64,000 nucleotides of DNA, from the NCBI RefSeq assembly GCF_018350175.1, contig NC_058380.1:57474001-57538000 (forward strand), written 5' to 3'. Under the pieces are notes generated by a model. The model saw only the letters and a list, made by a program, of their open reading frames with translations, made no database searches and was not told the origin of the DNA. A program made the translations under genes and the position numbers. This stretch comes from Felis catus (taxonomy: Eukaryota). Positions 30,054 to 42,683 of the stretch are shown piece after piece; within the stretch, counting starts at the first letter, position 1; every line of letters starts with the position of its first letter.

Positions 30054-33000
30054 AAATGGGAGTACTGTGTCAGTGGAGAAATGAAACCAAACTGCCAAAT
30101 AGTGGATAAAACCAACAAACTGTCAAACCAAACTGTCAACTAGTTATTTTTTTTTATCTTTTACGGCAAATTGCCTTATGGTCAATTAACTTTGCAGAAT
30201 AATATTTGTGGCAAAGAGGTCTACGGGACAGATGCTTACTGTGAAAATACCAGGCAAGGTACAACACAGTCAATTCCATGGTCACATACTCACATTTGCA
30301 TGATAACATCTCTTTTTGCTTAGAATATCTCCATACAACATATGTCTTTTCATGAAGGATGTCTCTAGTCCAGACTTCTCTCCTGAGCTTCAGACCCATA
30401 CAGCCAGTTGTCTACTGGACCCTTTTACCAGCATGTTCCACAAGCACTTCAAATGCAGTAAATTCAATTCTTCCTTCCGAACCTCGCCCTCATCCTTTGT
30501 CCTCTGTTCATCCAACATGTACTTATGCATCTAGTCTGTTTTAGGCATTCATGAATGGCATCATCATCTAATCAGTCTCTTAAGCCAAACACCTAGATGT
30601 CATTCCAGGCATGTCCTTCTTTCTTATCCTACACATCCAAAGATCCAAAGGTCAGTTTTGTCTTCTCAGCGTTTCTTGAATCTACTTCATCCACCTATAC
30701 CCATTCACTTCTTACCCAGACTATTACCAGGGCCAAATGTAGTCTTCCTACGTCCAGTCGTATCTTTCTCCAGTCTATGCTACGGACACAGTGGTCTTTA
30801 AAAAACACAAATTTGGTCGTGTTGTTGTCCCATTTAAAATCTTGCAGTGACTCTCACGTGCCCTTAGGATATAGTCCCAACTCTTGACCTTTGCCACAGA
30901 AATGCCTGTACAATTCTCCCGGTCCAGAGCTCAGCTCTGTCCAACATTGCTTGCGGTTTCCTCCTGGTGCCTTGCCCTGTCATGTCTCACCTTACCTCAC
31001 TTTTTACCTGGCCACCTCTTTTTACTCATCTTACAGATTTCAGCTGAGAAGTCATCCCTTCCAAGGCTTATTCCCTGAGCCCCCAAGATTGGGTGCCTCT
31101 TATCTCTGCTCATGCAGCACTCTGGGCTAACCTCAGTCACAGCAATTATTAGAATGAATTACAATTATCCTTTTACTTTTTGGTGTCTCTCATTAGAGTA
31201 CAAATTATTTGAGGGATTTTGTTTTTGAAATCCCACCAACCACTACCTCCACATCTAGCTCAATGCCTGACACATAGTTGGTGCTCAATAAATGCTGAAT
31301 AAATAAAAGAAAAGCTTACACTTGATCTTTCTCTACACAGAACATATATGGATTCTCTAGAGACCCAAATGAGATCATTGTGACTTTCTTGGCCCGGGGT
31401 GGAGGGGGAAGGGGCCCTGCATGAGAATGAGGAAAGCAAATTGCATGGAGAAGGGAGAAGGACATAGAATTACCTGGCTGTCTTTCTATCTTAGGCTCAT
31501 CTAGTCTCAACATAACTCTCTTCCTATCATAAGGGGAAAGGAAGTATGAAAGACAAAAATAAATACAGTGATGTCTATCTAATTCAGTCTAGAAACCCCA
31601 GAATCTGCAGAGTGGGTCAGGGTGGCCTTCTTTCTGAAGGTATTCCCTGTAGACATGAAGTTCAGCAACACAGGTACACATGCTCACACACCGGATGGCA
31701 TATGTATACCTAGTACATCTGCACACCCTTTATATGCCGACTAGATAAGCTAGCAAGCCACTAATGGGGCTGTGAAAAGTACTAATTCTGGGCTGAGACT
31801 TGGAATTGACAGGGCTGGGAGGTACAACTCTCCTTTTTGGTGGAGAGACTCATGGCTTTTGGGTAACAGGTGATTCTCGGTCTGGCATTCAGGGTGACAG
31901 CCTTTTAATGGAGTTCAACCAAGGGGACCAAGGCCTTTTGCCATGTCAGAGCACCAAGTCTCCTGGACTATCCAAGGTCTGGGCCATCTCTGCTTTAAGG
32001 TCTGTTTGGTGTAGGCTATTAGAGCCCTAGATGTGGGGTCAGCCTGTGGCCCTGCTTTTTTTTTCTTTAAACAACTTCATTTTAGCTGCCTGTCCCTACC
32101 TGGGTTTTATATGAATATCTTCACTTTTTTCCTGCACCCATGCCATCCACTTTGGCCCACCTGCCTGCTCCACTCCAATATTTCAGGCAGGCAGCATTGC
32201 CATTTCTACAAGGAGCAGCTCTCCATTGTTCAGGGCAGGTTCCCTGATATAGTTGGATTGGAGGTTGGCCATGGGCCTGTCACAGGCCTCTCAAGGGCTT
32301 CCTGGGCTCACCGGTCTGGATAGCATTCAGGGTTGCATTCTTCTCCCATTGGAAAAGATAATTTGCCTGAGCACTGAACTTCTTTCTGTGCATTGCCTTA
32401 GCCACTTCCACCATCTCTGTCTGCTGAGTGGGGACCTCTGGTTGGACCACATAACCTGGGAAGGGAGAGGCTGAGTAACCAAAGGGAAGTAAGGAGTCCC
32501 TAAAACTAAAAGAAGGGGCCAGGTCAAAGAGTAACCCAATCCCCTCTTATTGGGACAGGTGTAAGACAGTGATGAGAATGGGGAAAAGTCCACAAAAGAC
32601 TCTGAATAGCCAAAGTAATGTTGAAAAAGAAAACCAAAGCTGGAGGCATCACAATCCCGGACTTTAGCCTCTACTACAAAGCTGTAATCATCATGACAGT
32701 ATGGTAATTGGCACAGACACATAGACTAATGAAATAGAATAGAGAACCCAGAATTGGACCCACAAATATATGGCCAACTAATCTTTGATAAAGCAGGGAA
32801 GCATATGCAACGGNNNNNNNNNNNNNNNNNNNNNNNNNNNNNNNNNNNNNNNNNNNNNNNNNNNNNNNNNNNNNNNNNNNNNNNNNNNNNNNNNNNNNNN
32901 NNNNNNNNNNNNNNNNNNNNNNNNNNNNNNNNNNNNNNNNNNNNNNNNCATCAAAATCCTAGAAGAGAAAACAGGCAACAACCTCTTTGACCTCAGCCAC

Positions 33001-35376
33001 AGCAACTTCTTACTTGACATGTTTCTGAAGGCAAGGGAAATAAAAGCAAAAATGAACTATTGGGACCTCATCAAGATAAAAAGATTCTTCAAAAAAATTT
33101 TTAAGTTCACTTATTTTTGAGAGAGAGAGAGAGAGAGAGAATGAGTGAGCAGGGGAGGGGCAGAGAAAGGGGGGGGGGGGGACACAGAATTTGAAGCAGG
33201 CTCCAGGTTCTGTGCTGTCAGCACAGAGCCTGATGCAGGGCTCAAACTCATGAACTGTGAGATGATGACCTGAGCCAAAGTCAGATGCTTAACTGACTGA
33301 GCCACCCAGGAGCTCCAAAGATAAAAAGCTTCTGCACAGCAAAGGAAACAATCAACAAAACTAAAAGGCAACCAATGGAATGGAAGAAGATATTTGCAAA
33401 TGACCTATCAGATAAAGGATTAGTGTCCAAAATCTATTAAGAACTTAACGAACCCAACACCTGGAAAACAAATAATCCAGTGAAGAAATGGGCAGAAGAC
33501 ATGAAAAGACACTTTTCCAAGGAAGACATCTGAATGGCTGACAGACACATGAAAAGATGTTCAATGTCACTCATCATCAGGGAAATACAAATCAAAACCA
33601 CATTGAGATACCATCTCACACTGGTCAGAGTAGCTAAAATTAACAATTCAGGGAATAATAGATGCTGGAGAGGATGTGGAGAAAGGGGAACCCTTTTGCA
33701 TTGTTGGTGGGAATGCAAACTGGTGCAGCCGCTCTGGAAAACAGTGTGGAGTTTCCTCAAAAAATTAAAAATAAAATTACCCTATGACCCAGCAATTGCA
33801 CTACTAGGAATTTATCCAAAGGATACAGGAGTGCTGATTCATAGGGGCACATGTACCCCATGTACCCCAATGTTTATAGCAGCGCTTTCAACAAATTACG
33901 GAAAGCCAAATTATGGAAAGAGCCCAAATGTCCATCAACTGATGAATGGATAAAGAAGATGTGGTTTGCGTCGGGCTCTGTGCTGACAGCTCAGAGCCTG
34001 GAGCCTGCTTCACAGTCTGGGTCTCCCTCTCTCTCTGCCCCTCCCCGACTCATGCTGCCTCTGTCTCTCAAAAATAAATAAACATTAAAAAATTAAAAAA
34101 AAAAAAAAGAAGATGTGGTTTATATATACAATGGGATACTACTTGGCAATGAGAAAGAATGAAATCCTGCCATTTGCAACAACTTGGATGGAACTGGAGG
34201 GTATTATGCTAAAAAATAAGTCAGTCAGAGAAAGACAGATATCCTATGTTTTCACTCATATGTGGAACTTGAAGAGCTTAACAGAAGACCATGGGGGAAG
34301 GGAAAGAAAAAAATAGTTACAAACAGAGAGGGAGGCAAACCAAAAGAGACTCTAAAATACAGAGAACAAACTAAGGGTCGATGGGGTGGGGGGTTAGGGG
34401 GCAGGGAAAATGGGTGATGGACATTGAGGAGGGCACTTGCTGGGATGAGCACTGGGTGTTGTATATAAGTGATGAACCATGGGAATCTACTCCTTAAGCC
34501 AAGAGTGCACTGTGTACACTGTATGTTAACTAATTTGACAATAAATTATATATATAATGGGGAATGGGGAAAAGTGCAGGCACAATTACGGCTAACTCCT
34601 TTCTTCCCCTTCTTCTTGACCAGCTGGTGTCCAGGCTGAGCTGTGTGTGCGGTACTGTCAGTGGCATCCACCTGCTCCTTGTCCTCTCCTTCCTCTTCCT
34701 TCTCCTTTGCAGATATGTCCAGGTGGACCTGGGCTGAAGGGCCTGAAAGGGAGTGCTTTTGAAGGATCTCAGACTCAGAGATCTGGGTAGACCTCTCTGT
34801 CTGTGAGACCTCACTGGAGGAATACTCAGAGAGGTCTTCCTTCAGAGTATTAGAGGAAGGTACAGTGATACGGCCTTGTGATGAGGTATGAAAAGAAAGG
34901 TGTTTCTCTGGGACCTTAAACATGTGAGTCTCCAGTAGGGTCTCAGGGATAGGGGTTTCCAAAGGGATCTCCGAGACAGAGTATCCTAAAGAGGTCTCAG
35001 GGATGGAAGGCTCCAAAAGGGTTTCAGAGGTGTGGATCTCTAAAGGGGCCTGGGAAGCAGATGGTGTCATATGAGATTCAGAGGTGTGGGGCTCTAAGGG
35101 GGTCTCAGGGATGTAAGTTGCCAAAGGGGTTTCAGAGGTGTGGGTCTCTAAAAGGGCCTGGGAAGCAGATGGTGTCCTATGAGATTCAGAGATGTGGGGC
35201 TCTAAAGGGATCTCAGAGGTGTGGGGCTCTAAAGGGGTCGCAGGGATGGAAGTCTCAAAGGATGTTTCAGGGCCAGGGGGCTCCTGTGAGTCCTTGGCAG
35301 AGGGGTCCTTTGAAGAGGGGTGTTCCTCTGCATCCATGGCTGTTTGAGGCTCTTCTGTGACCTCGTCTGCTTCCAT
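26262..35376 (-). CDS. FAM221B: FAM221B (Cys/His-rich FAM221 family protein), 6 coding exons, about 465 aa
   Basis: Exons: 34590-35376 (ATG directly after an AG acceptor; the GTAATT donor is inferred from phase), 32312-32455 ([19 protein letters not shown]), 27345-27455 ([15 protein letters not shown]), 26972-27169 ([33 protein letters not shown]), 26666-26785 ([22 protein letters not shown]). Last exon is 26262-26299 ([12 protein letters not shown]) or starts at the alternative acceptor 26512 ([13 protein letters not shown]). Confidence 0.93.
29406..30251 (-). mobile_element. Mutator/MULE-like DNA transposon relic (internally deleted) with about 100-bp TIRs
   Basis: Imperfect inverted repeats at 29406-29506 and 30152-30251. 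The minus strand 29960-29760 translates to [55 protein letters not shown], matching the MULE pattern FP..LWN..PRTNN..EG.H...HPSIWK.I. Confidence 0.8.
30015..30052 (+). repeat. (TATC)9 microsatellite
   Basis: Read directly from the sequence. Confidence 0.95.
30350..31305 (+). mobile_element. L2 LINE fragment (3' part)
   Basis: CCAGACTTCTCTCCTGAGCTTCAGACCCATA ... terminal TGCCTGACACATAGTTGGTGCTCAATAAATGCTGAATAAAT, typical of an L2 3' end. Similar L2 debris at about 4980-5110, 25770-26030, 45900-46350 and 47200-47690. Confidence 0.7.
33089..33316 (-). mobile_element. SINEC_Fc-type CAN-SINE nested in L1
   Basis: (GA)n tract and GCAGGCTCCAGG..GTCAGCACAGAGCC..ACTGAGCCACCCAGG. TSD AAGATAAAAAG at 33073-33083 and 33318-33328. 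Confidence 0.92.
33968..34105 (+). mobile_element. 5'-truncated SINEC_Fc-type CAN-SINE nested in L1
   Basis: GGGCTCTGTGCTGACAGCTCAGAGCCTGGAGCCTGCTTC, (CT)n, AATAAA and A-tail. Perfect 16-bp TSD AAAGAAGATGTGGTTT at 33952-33967 and 34106-34121. Confidence 0.92.
34925..35270 (-). repeat. Coding 27-bp (9-aa) tandem repeat in the first coding exon of FAM221B, with a 108-bp higher-order unit
   Basis: [72 protein letters not shown]...; 35021-35128 aligns to 35129-35236. Confidence 0.9.
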
Positions 35377-36302
35377 CTAGTGGTAGAATAAGGTACAGGC
35401 TTCATTAGGTTGGGATCGGAGGTTGGAGGGTCTGCAAGTCAGAGTTCACGGGGGGGTGGGGGGGTGGGGGGGGGTGGATTATGGAATTAGGATAAAGTTT
35501 TCCGTGCACCTGAGATGTAAAGGGGAAGCAAGATGAACTTTGGGTCAGGGTATGGTGCCAAGAGGTTCACCTGTGTGCCTAGATGCCGTGTGGCATGTAG
35601 CTATGGGTTGTGAGGGAGCTTAAAGATAGAAAGGCTGAAGCAGTCAGAATCCCATCAGTAGATGGTAGCAGAGGACCATGCCCCAGGAAGAGCCTGAACA
35701 TAGCAGCTTGGCTAGTCCAAGAGCAGGGGCCTGAGCGTTAGGACCAGGATGTTCAGGCAGTGGAGTTCTAGAGACTGGGATACTACCAAGCCAAGGTGGG
35801 GGTTTGCTCTTAAGAGTGCAGGACAATGTCATGATGCATTAGGCAGGGCCCTGACTGCAGCCTGTTTTGTCTAGGGATCATAATCAAGCCTCCCTTGATG
35901 TTATTCATGTCCAAGGCTTCAATTACTTCCGGCTGGTATGCTGATGATTTCTAAATCCATAATTCCAGCTCAGACCTCTTTAAATCCCTGTACTTCACAC
36001 TCAAACCCAATTGCTTGCTGGACATTGCTAAATGGATGTCCCACAGGGCATCAAAACTGAACTCTGGGAATTATTTTAGTCTTATCCTTTCCCCTCAGCC
36101 CTCATCTTCAAATAGGCACCAAGAACTGTGTTTCCTGTCTTCTAAATACTGTATTACCAAAATCCATTCTCTCCCCTCCAATTCTGTTCAAGTTCTCATA
36201 GTTTTCTACCTGGATTATGTAACAACTTTGCCCCTCTGCGACTTTCCCCAGCACATCAATCCACTCAGCTATTCTCTCATTGATATATGTAACTTATACT
36301 TT

Positions 36303-36516
36303 AATTTTTTTTTACTTTTTTTTTTTTTTTTTTTTTTTGAGACACAGAGCATGAACAGGGGAGGAACAGAGAGAAAGGGAGACACAGAATCCAAAGCAGG
36401 CTCCAGGCTCTGAGCTGTCAGCACCAAGCCCGACACGGGGCTCAAACCCACGAACCGTGAGGTCATGACCTGAGCTGGAGTTGGAAGATTAACTGACTGA
36501 GCCACCCAGTTGCCCC
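36303..36516 (-). mobile_element. SINEC_Fc-type CAN-SINE
   Basis: Long T-tail and typical body. Imperfect TSD TGTAACTTATACTTT / TGTAAACTGATACTTT. Confidence 0.92.
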
Positions 36517-37258
36517 TGTAAACTGATACTTTTTAAAGAGCCCAATCTTACACTTTCACCCAGGCACTGTGCTAAGCACTGGACTCTGAAAGAATCTGGG
36601 AAGGTGGACCAGGTTAACCCAATGACAGACAATACAGATGAGTTGATGTTGTGCTGGGGTAAGCTCAGGATGCTGTGGGGAGTGAGGTGTGACTAATTTA
36701 TCTTGGAGGGATGTCTAAAAGAAGTCAGCCCTCCTTAATGACCCACTGGAGATCTTTCTAAAATGCAAGCCTAACAATGCTGTTCCTTTGCTTGAAAACA
36801 CTCAGTTGTCTCAGCCTTAAGATTAACTCCAAATTTCTGGGCCCTGACATTCAAGGCCTGTCATTACTTGCAACACTGCCTAACTTTTCCAGCCTTAACT
36901 TTCTGTGCTCCCTACTTTCCCCCTCATGCTCCAGATGGATTCATTACTTACTTGTATTCATTAGTCTTTCCAAAGGGGAAGCTTGGGACAAGAAGTAGTG
37001 AGAGAGGTAGGTTAGGAAGATGACCTGACATTCAGCACAGGAAAAGGTACTTGAGGGTGGAGAATCAGTCGGTAGGAGGAGAGGAAGGAGAAAAAGAAGG
37101 GGAAGACGGAACTGGGTGGAGAAACGTGGTGGAGGGGGAGGGTAAGGATGAAAAGTAGAGAATGGGAGAGGGTTGGACTAAGGTGGGAAGGGACAGAATA
37201 TGTTAGGAGGGGAACGAGATGAGGGCTTGGAGGAAGAGCCATTGGAGAAACTACATAC

Positions 37259-37560
37259 CTCTGGGCCTGTCTTGGCTGTTACAAGTCCTTAGGTCAGGAT
37301 CTCGTCTTAAGCTGGGAAGGGGAAATGTTAGCGAGGGATGGAAGGCTCTTGGATGAGACCGGGCTGTACTTGCTATGTAGTGAGAGGCCTTGCCTTCAAG
37401 TCTGCGACTTGGCGAGGGGACTTGGACACCTGCAGAAATTCGCAAAGGAGCTCTGGCCAGATCTGAGGAGGGGGACTTGGGGAGGGACGAGGGGTTCCGG
37501 GGCCGTTGAGGGAGGAGCTTGACTGAAACCTCTGGAACCCGTGCCGGGAGAGGAGGGATC
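37259..37560 (-). other. Probable non-coding first exon of FAM221B
   Basis: The FAM221B ATG follows an acceptor AG, which implies an upstream exon. There is a strong minus-strand donor GAG|GTATGT at 37259/37258 just downstream of the X-boxes. The 5' end is a guess. Confidence 0.5.
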
Positions 37561-38230
37561 CGTCACCAGAGCAATCGGAACGCCCGGTAGTCTCCGTGGC
37601 AACAACAGTCCGGTCTCCAGAGGAGGCTGCATTGAACTAAAGGGGACGAGTTTAGGGGCTCACTTCTCTTAAAGGGGTTTGTTGGATCTCTGTGAGAGTG
37701 TTTGGGTAGTCTGCGGACATCTGTGGGGACGTCCGTAGGTGTCTGGGTTTGTGAGGGTCTCTGTAAGTTTCCTATGAGATGTGTGTGGCTCCATCAGTGG
37801 GGACTGTGAGGATCTGAGGTGGGCTTCGGGGCTCCCAGGATGGGGTGAGAAAGGCAGGGTTCAGGCAGCTGGGGCTGGGGCGGGAGTCTGTCCTCGAAGG
37901 CCCGCAGAATCAAGTTGGAGACCAATAGAATAGGGCATGGGGTGGGCTTTACTGATAAGGACCAATCGAATTGAGGAGGGGCGGAGTGTCGTACTACGTA
38001 AGGCTGAGGCCGCCGCCGCGGGGCCTGGTTATCGCCGGTCCAGCGCAGCCCGGAGTCGCCCAGGCCTGAACTCCTACCCAGGTCCCGGGCCTGGCCTCAG
38101 CCGGCCCGACCCCAGCCCCGGGCCCACAAGGACACCGAAAGCCACCCCCCCGGGGGTGGGGAGCGGAGCCGTGGGTCAGCTCTGCGCGCTCCCCGCGCTG
38201 GCCGGTCCGGCCCCGCCCCCGCCCCGGGCC
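37560..38230. promoter_or_regulatory. Divergent FAM221B/TMEM8B promoter region (CpG-rich)
   Basis: X-box GTCTCCGTGGCAAC at 37590-37603 and X-box-like GTCACCAGAGCAAT at 37562-37575. CCAAT at 37922 and 37962. GC boxes at about 37877 and 37978. Confidence 0.7.
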
Positions 38231-41200
38231 ATGGCCCAGCCCTTGTCCCGGCCCCTCGTCCTATCCCCATCCAGCCCTTGGCCCCCAGCCCCGCCCTCGC
38301 CCCGCTTCCCAAATCGGTCCCAGCCCCGGCCTGAGTCCCAGCGAATGCCCAGATCCAGGTCCCAACCCAGGCCCCCGCTCCAGTCCCAGTCCCTGTGCCT
38401 TTCCTGGCCTATGCCCGTGTTCCACCTTCTGTCACAAATCCCAGCCCATCCCCTGTCCCGACCCCATTCCCAGTGTTTGCTTAAGCCCCAGGCCCAAACC
38501 CTACCCTTGCTCCAGTCCCCGTCACAGCCCCTCCTTCCATCCCTTTCCCTGCCCTTGTTCAAACCCCAGTGCCTAGCACAGCCCAATCCATTATCTCAGC
38601 CTTTGCCCTCGTCTCTGTGTTTACCCAAGTCTCTCCCACTACCCACCCCTCTCTCTCATACCGTGCCCCTCTCCCAGCCTCGACTCAGGTCTGGGCTCCA
38701 GCTGCCGCCCGCCTTATTGCTGCTGTTGCTGTTCTCTGTCCTTGGCCCAGGGGCTGGTGAGTGCAGAAGCAGGAAGCACCGAGGCAGGGATGGGGTTCTG
38801 GCAGGGAGGGATGGACTGGAGGGATTCAGGAGAGGTGGGACCTGGGCAGCTAGATCACTGGGGGAGAGGTGGGGAGAAATAGGGAGGAGAGAGGTCTTAC
38901 ACAACTGAGAGGAATTGGGAGGTTCAGAAGAGAGCAAATTGTGGGCTTGAGGCTCAGCAGGTGCCTAATAGTCCCCAGGACAGAGACTCCAAGGTTTTCT
39001 TTGCTGGTGTCCACGCTGACCCCACATTGACTCTTGCTTTTCTGAGGAAGAAAACTTGCAAACTTCTCCTGCAAGGGAAGTTTGATGGGGGAGACATGAT
39101 CCTCCTACACCAGAGAGCCTTTAGTCCAGTGTGGGAAGATGTGGCCTAAACTTTGAGATATTGGGCATGCATTAAAACAGGGTTAAGAAAACAGTTTTGA
39201 GAACAACGTGTAGCAAACAGATGGACATGGGTTAGTCACCATTATAACGGGATTTGTTTTTGCTAATAAGCCTTGTTTCAGATAAACTTGACTTGCTTAG
39301 GAATAATTCCTGACACTTTTAGAGTAGTTTTGAAATACAGATGGGGCCATTTTACAGATGGGGAAACTGAGGCTCAGTTGGGGTGCAGTTTTCCCAAGGT
39401 CATACAAGCTTGTAAATGGTGGCACTGGGGCTAGAAAAAAGTTTCCTAATTCCTGTCCCATACTAGTGTTTTTTTTTCACTGCAACATATGCCTAATAGG
39501 AAAATTGACCCAGCTGGGAGAAGACTCAAAGCACAACCTGTCCTCTCCCCTGTCTTCCCAAAAGGAGGCTTAATCCACAAATTCTTCCTCATTTGCCGGT
39601 TGTCAGCCTACAGCCACCATTCAGGGAGGAAGTGATTCAGAGAGAGAGAGGTCCAACTTCTTAATGGGTAGAATGTGATAAGAGGAGGGGGTCCTGGCTG
39701 TAGGAGATATGCCATAAAGTTGGCCCTATCAGAAGGAGATGACTGTGGTCTTCATGGCCTCAACCCCTGCCACCTCTGGTGGGTGGCACTGTAGATAGGA
39801 TGGAGATGTGCCTAAGGGAGTCTTTGGCAATAACACCCAAGCAGCTGAGGGTTGGAGCTGGGTTTCGGTGAGCTCTGGGGGCCTAGTTCAGTGTACAAGC
39901 TTGAGGAGACCGATACATGCCAACAGTTGTGCCCCTGCAGAGATGTCCAAACTCTATGTGTATGTGCACTGGCATCTGGTCACTTAAGCGTCTGTGTGTG
40001 TACCTTAGGGGTCCCTGGGAATGCTGGTCATGTCAGTGTATGTACATGCTTGTCTGTTGGTATGTTCTGTGGGGTGCATGTGAGCCTGTGTGTCCTCTGA
40101 GCGCCTATGTTATTACGTGAGGGGAAGAATACATGTTCCTCTTTAGGAGGAACATGCTTCTTGTATAGATGGATTACTGAAGTGTCACCTTCCAAATGGA
40201 TTTCTTATTTGGAGGCAGTATTTGGCAGTGTTTGGTCAGCCCTAGCCTGACTCTTTGGAGGAAGGAGCTCTAGAGGGGCTCAGTGTTGATTACTGCTGCT
40301 GGCAGATTAGACACTCAGAGGAGGTAACAGCCACACCAGTTTTTCAGTTCGGGCGAGGGAGAATCCATACTGTTGAGCCCAATTCATAGCTTCCATCCCT
40401 GCCACCATGACTTCTTTGTTCATGAGCCACAGAACTGTATAAAGCTAAAAGGTGTGGGTTAAAACACGATTGTCCAGAAGTGGGTTCAGGTGCTTTGGGG
40501 AGACTTGTAATGAAGTTGGAAAAGAGCACTGAATAGGCCCTACTTTGGGCAGAGTTGCCCTTAATGCTGTTAATAATCACTGCCTTGGTGGCCTGCCTAC
40601 AGGGGTGCTCTGTGACCTAGTGGTGGTGATAGATTTCACCAGAGGAGAGGCTGGCAGTGTCACAGGACCATCATAGCACATCACAGCACATAGTATAGTC
40701 TTAATAAATGCTTATTATTGGCTTCAATCTCATTTCAGGAATGGAAGGTACCTCCTGGGTCTCCTGGTCCTACCCCAATCCTTGGATCTTTTCCTCCGCT
40801 GACTATAGTTGCATAGCCCAGGTGTGCCTGCCCATTCCAGGAAGTGGCCTTTTGTTCTACCTAGTGCTATCACTAGCAGGGCCCGCCTCTGCCTGTATGC
40901 ACGTGTGTCCGTATGTCTGTCTGTGTATGTGCATGTATGTTTCAGATGGTGGTGGAGAGTCACTCTAGCTTCATATGGAGGTAGTGGAGCATCCAGGACA
41001 GCTTCATCTGAGCTTGACCAGGGCTTTACTCATGTTTCCTCTGGGCCACAGCTCTGTTGTGAAATGCCAAACCAGAGCTTGCGGTGATTGGGGCTGTGGA
41101 TGCTCTCTCAAACGTCTCCCCTCAGAACTTCTGGGTTCCTCCCGCCATGTCAAGTTGCTAGACTTTTCCCACTGGCCCATTCCATGATCTCTGTAGCCCC

Positions 41201-42637
41201 TGGCCATTTTTGGGGTGGCTTAACTAGTTCCCCGGTTCTCCTGGCCATCCCATGTTTCTTTGAATCACAAGGATTTTTGTATTTGTTTATCCATTGTTTC
41301 CCAAAACTCATTAGCTACTTTTCACCACTAGTTCTCTGAGAGTCCGCATTGGGGGCCTGGCCAACGTTTCTTCCTAGCAGTAGCAATGGCCCATCCGGTG
41401 ACCCATCCCTGGTACCCGCTTTGGAGGAGGAGAGGCCCTCCCTCGACCCCAGCAGAGGGCGCTCCAGAGCTCTGCTTGCTTGTAACAATAGTATCCAAGC
41501 TTTTTAGCTCTTGGCTTTCTGCCTCCCTGTTAATCAGTGCTCAGCTTGCAAGGTGGCAGGTCTTCCTCGCTGACAGTTGAGACCAATCATGTGGTCTGAA
41601 CTGGACTGACTAGTCCTTTGGTGTGACTGGCCTTTGAGGATGAGGATAGGCCAGTCTAGGGCCAGTGGCCTCTACGTATTTAGGGCAGCTCTGGGTAGGG
41701 TGACCTTGAAGTTCACCGGTGTCCTCCTTACCTGTGCTCCCTCCTTCTGCAGACTGTCTTTCCCAGGTAGCTCTTTCTCTGTTGTATCATATACCTCATT
41801 TTTGGAGTTATAGCTCCCATTTCTGGAAGGGAGATTGTCAGACGAGGTAAGCCTTGCGGGTATTTCCTATTTGGCTGAAAACTCTCGTCCAGGGTCTCCC
41901 CTCCAGCCCCTGCTCTGTCCTGAAGCTGCTTGAGTTCCGAGCCTTCTCATCTGTCCTGGGGGCATCCTTCTGTGCTTCTCTGGGGCTGGTCTTAAATCTC
42001 TAGAGCAGTCAGATTCTCCAGAATTTTGCCTGCCATTTGGGACACCCTTCTATGCAGCTGAGCTACAGGTTATTTTCACAATTCTAGCAGTCATAGTGCC
42101 TGTGTGTTTGCCTGGCTAGCTGCTGCCACTAGACTTTTTTGCTCACCTTGGCTGTGCTCTGAACAACCATGATCAGGTATCTTGTAGCTTGGCACTTCAG
42201 TTAGAGATGACCAGTACCCCCCAGCTCCAAGTGTGAATATTTCCAAGTGGTTTGAGATTCCACTGAGTCATGAACTGACTGCCTCACTGGGTCTTCCTCT
42301 GGGGAAACGCCCTCTGGTTGTTCATGCTGAATCCTAGAGGGCCTGATGACTCCCTTCTCTCCTGGGAGTTCTCATGGTGTCTGCCAGCTCCTGTGCTTGC
42401 CTCTGCCACCCAAGCTGGTCCTTTGCATCCTCACCACATTTCCACCCAACCCTCCCTCCTGCCCTGAGCCAGTATACAGACAGCTTTTGTGAGGCTTCTG
42501 AGGGTTTTCACTGCTCTTGGGACCACAGGGGACCAGAAAGGGGAAGAAAATAAACAAGGAAAGTTAGACAGTTCCTTGCTGACTTTGAAGCTCCACAGGT
42601 GGAGTTTAGCCTGCTCAGTGGCCCAAGAGTCCATGCC

Positions 42638-42683
<46 letters not shown>

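Larger units (their letters stand above)
32590..34561 (+). mobile_element. 5'-truncated L1 (ORF2 C-terminus plus 3'UTR) with two nested SINEs
   Basis: ORF2 peptides [15 protein letters not shown] and [53 protein letters not shown]. 3'UTR with AATAAA. 14-bp TSD GAATGGGGAAAAGT at 32576-32589 and 34562-34575. Confidence 0.95.

Noticed and set aside
33437-33953. 139-aa and 107-aa ORFs
   Set aside because: L1 ORF2 remnant and its antisense; broken by stops and SINE insertions.
35449-35477. G-rich tract able to form a G-quadruplex
   Set aside because: It is the C-rich polypyrimidine region upstream of the FAM221B acceptor; there is no further evidence of function.
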